From the NCBI GenBank assembly GCA_050251055.1, contig JBFWNL010000004.1, positions 13,863 through 45,862 on the forward strand: a stretch of DNA of 32,000 nt, written 5' to 3'. The stretch is from Bacteriovoracia bacterium. GTDB taxonomy: Bacteria; Bdellovibrionota; UBA1018; JBFWNL01. Position numbers and translations under genes: made by a program. Under the pieces are notes generated by a model. It searched no databases and was not told the DNA's origin. It was given only the letters and a program-made list of their open reading frames with translations. This document shows, in pieces, positions 29,692-32,000 of the stretch (positions within the stretch are counted from its first letter, which is position 1; the number at the start of each line of letters is the position of its first letter).

Positions 29692-32000
29692 CTAAAGATA
29701 GGACGTATCGGTCTTAGGGAGGTCATTCGAGGTCGGGAACGGTCCGCTCATGCCCCAAAAGTAATCCAGGGACTCGAGCCGTACTCCGTTCAGGCGGTAG
29801 CTGTACCAGAAATAATTTCGGATGATCGACGCGACGTATTCGCGCGTTTCCGTGAAAGGGATGGACTCCACGAACTCGAGCAGTCCCCATTTCGGCTTCG
29901 CGGCCTGCAACCACTTCTTCGCCCGGTGTGGGCCAGCATTATAGCCGGCCAGCGAGAGCGCGATGTTGCCTTTGAACTGACTCAACAGGGAAGCGAAGTA
30001 TTTGCAGCCAACCCGCACGTTGACCTCTGGCTGCACGACTTCCGTCTGAAAAACCGTATCGTCGGTTTCGACGGCCGTGAATGGCATGAGCTGCATGAGT
30101 CCCAGCGCGCCCGACGACGAAATCGCATCGGCTTCAAACGCCGACTCTTGCTTGATGAGGCTCAGGACCAGCAAGGGATCCAAGCGCGCGTCCAGCGCCT
30201 GCTTCTGGATAACGTCTCGGTAGGCGAGCGGAAAGATCGAACGAAGGCCATAAGTGGAAACCAGCTCGCGGGATCCGCGCTGCAACAGCTCGCCGATGAT
30301 TCGGAACGACTGCAGGTAATTCATCTGCGCGTCGTTCTGGGCCACGAGATACATCAGGTAAGGCGCCGGCAAGGCGGAGCGCGCGGACAGCTGCTGCATC
30401 TCGGTGGACGCGGCCTCGTGGGCATTCTCGGCGAAAAACATCTCCGCCCGATCCAGGGCTTGCAGCTCCTTGGCCTCCAGGAAAGGCGCGCGCGGCTGCA
30501 CCTTGGGCAGCGAGGCGTCGATGTAAGACTCCAAACGAATGCCCGAGGCATAAGACGCCAGAATTCCGTAATAACTCAAGGGCGAGCCTTCGATCACGCT
30601 TTGGTAAGCCTTCTTGGCGTCTTCCCCCCGGCCTTTTCCCTCGAAGATCTTCCCCACCCAGAACAGGGCACGGAACTTCATCTGCGACTGCGGGAAGTCC
30701 GCCAGGAACTGTTGGAACTTATCGAGTGCGTCCGAAGCATCGCCTTCCAGATAGGCGCCCATCGCCTCGTCGAACGCCAGGCGGTCCTTGTCGCCGGACT
30801 TGTAATCAACGAACTTCCTCCCGTAGTAAGGCGCCTTCGGCAGCTGCGTAATCTCGGGGGATAGCTTCGCCAGCTCCTTGAACTCCCGCGAAGCGTGCGG
30901 ATAGATCTGCGCGATCTTCGGCACCCAGGCCGAGCAGAGGCTCGCTTCCTTCTTTTTGCAGACTTGAAAATAAGCAAGCACCGCCGGAAACGGCACCTTT
31001 ACCATGAACCGCTTGGTCGGAATCCGGGAAAAGGCGCTTTCGAACTGGCGCAGGGATCCATTCCAGTCCTTTGCCCCAACCGCGGCCTGTGCCAACACGA
31101 GCTCCGCTCCCGCCACGAGCTCCGGCACGCGATCCAAAAGCGGTGAGGTCGCGTTCGCCAGCGCGATGCGCGAGGCCGACTCCATCGCGGCGCGGGCCAA
31201 ACCCGAGGGTGACTTCGCCTCCGTCTTCCCTTTCTTACCGCGCGAAGCCAACGCCGCCTGGGCTTCCCCCAGGTGGATGCTCGCTTCCAGGAAATGGGCG
31301 TAATCCGCGAACCACGGATCCGCGGTCAGGTCTTGAACTTGCTCTCGCACGGTGCCGTATTTTTTTTTGGCCAACGCCTTAAACGCCGCGGCCAGCCGTC
31401 GCGCTGATTTATGACGCCGGTTCTTACCGATGGCATCGAGCACCTGATCGACAAACTGAGGCGTGGACAAATCGAGCTCGACGCTTAACTTCGTCGGCGC
31501 CACGGTCTCCGCCCCCTTGGCGGGCTTCGAAGCCGCTTTGCGGTTGGAAGGGGAGGCGTGGGCTTCGAGATATCCGCCCGCCAACATCAAACTCCCGGCC
31601 AATCCCACCACCGCCGTCCAAGATTTCAAGCTCGTCACGGAAAATTCCTTCTTCACGTTCGTTAAAGCCGTTTTGCAATAACCCAGTTTCTTCCAGCCGC
31701 AAGGCGCGCATACCCGCTCATGGGCCTCGAAAGTCATTCGCTCCGCCAACCGCCGCTTCGCCTCGCGCCAGGTGTAAGTCTCGCCCGGACGCACGCCCAG
31801 GACCTCCGCATGTCCCCGATCCAACGTCTGGATCTTCTCCTCGGTTTCACATAAGCGTCCGCGGCGGTTGGGACAGGGCTCACAAATCGAATCGGTCGCC
31901 GCCTCGACCTCGATCTCGATGGCGTCACCTTGCGGCCGCTCACGCAACCGATCCACAATATCCTGGAAATTTCGGGTGAATACTTCCGAGTAACCCTTGC
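29692..32000 (-). CDS. DUF1284-like Cys-rich domain fused in frame, via a hydrophobic segment, to an Slt70-type soluble lytic murein transglycosylase; 5' end beyond the right edge
   Basis: The reading frame stays open from 31956 to the window edge (…KGYSEVFTRNFQDIVDRLRERPQGDAIEIEVEAATDSICEPCPNRRGRLCE…RVCAPCGWKKLGYC). This is the DUF1284 pattern 'GkGYs..F..N...iv..l......i.iv...D.iC..CP....g.C'. It is followed by VTSLKSWTAVVGLAGSLMLAGGYLEAHA/S, a long helical-repeat region, and the catalytic SLT domain LVLSLIKQESAFEADAISSSGALGLMQLMPFTA...LSLAGYNAGPHRAKKW. Confidence 0.75.
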   Translation of the reverse strand, partial: KGYSEVFTRNFQDIVDRLRERPQGDAIEIEVEAATDSICEPCPNRRGRLCETEEKIQTLDRGHAEVLGVRPGETYTWREAKRRLAERMTFEAHERVCAPCGWKKLGYCKTALTNVKKEFSVTSLKSWTAVVGLAGSLMLAGGYLEAHASPSNRKAASKPAKGAETVAPTKLSVELDLSTPQFVDQVLDAIGKNRRHKSARRLAAAFKALAKKKYGTVREQVQDLTADPWFADYAHFLEASIHLGEAQAALASRGKKGKTEAKSPSGLARAAMESASRIALANATSPLLDRVPELVAGAELVLAQAAVGAKDWNGSLRQFESAFSRIPTKRFMVKVPFPAVLAYFQVCKKKEASLCSAWVPKIAQIYPHASREFKELAKLSPEITQLPKAPYYGRKFVDYKSGDKDRLAFDEAMGAYLEGDASDALDKFQQFLADFPQSQMKFRALFWVGKIFEGKGRGEDAKKAYQSVIEGSPLSYYGILASYASGIRLESYIDASLPKVQPRAPFLEAKELQALDRAEMFFAENAHEAASTEMQQLSARSALPAPYLMYLVAQNDAQMNYLQSFRIIGELLQRGSRELVSTYGLRSIFPLAYRDVIQKQALDARLDPLLVLSLIKQESAFEADAISSSGALGLMQLMPFTAVETDDTVFQTEVVQPEVNVRVGCKYFASLLSQFKGNIALSLAGYNAGPHRAKKWLQAAKPKWGLLEFVESIPFTETREYVASIIRNYFWYSYRLNGVRLESLDYFWGMSGPFPTSNDLPKTDTSYL

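Noticed and set aside
18493-30864. Other long antisense or off-frame ORFs (18493-19491, 20055-20846, 20143-20913, 21333-21980, 23866-24423, 27940-28743, 27972-28772, 29926-30864 and similar)
   Set aside because: Each overlaps a gene with clear family motifs on the other strand or frame. Their compositions are Arg/Ala/Gly/Pro-rich, as expected for non-coding frames of GC-rich genes.
1-32000. Mobile elements, CRISPR arrays, tRNA/rRNA genes, toxin-antitoxin or known defence genes
   Set aside because: There are no transposase, integrase-with-att or phage-like ORFs; the only recombinase is a housekeeping XerC type. There are no regularly spaced direct repeats and no tRNA-like T-arm/acceptor patterns in the intergenic gaps.

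Overview
GC-rich bacterial chromosomal window. The roughly 277-aa tandem flagellins, an MJ0042-type zinc ribbon and many lipoproteins suggest a Bdellovibrionota/Myxococcota-like lineage, but that is inference only.

Left third (1-9400, mostly minus strand): a flagellar filament region. One tightly coupled string carries a flaG-like gene, an lpxH-like phosphoesterase, fliD, fliS, a FliT/FlgN-like gene, a TPR protein, a small ORF and a GT9 glycosyltransferase. There is also a divergent TetR gene, and two tandem flagellin genes that each have a sigma-28-type promoter and a long leader.

Middle (11782-19452, plus strand): the most unusual part. It is a gap-free seven-gene string encoding two exported proteins, then an 807-aa membrane protein whose periplasmic half looks like an SctJ/FliF-type ring builder and whose cytoplasmic half looks like a complete FliG. 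These are followed by a stand-alone cyclic-nucleotide-binding protein, MotA- and MotB-like stator proteins, and a zinc-ribbon/TM/SH3b protein. I read it as a candidate self-contained rotor/stator module with second-messenger input, and I do not recognise it as a described system.

Right third: envelope genes (ArnT-like GT, M14 peptidase, DedA), xerC-type recombinase, trmFO, lipoproteins, a hotdog thioesterase, prs-pth-ychF, and a DUF1284-Slt in-frame fusion running off the right edge.

No rRNA, tRNA, CRISPR array, transposase or phage gene was recognised. All functional calls are by-eye motif recognition on the supplied translations. No database search or structure prediction was possible.
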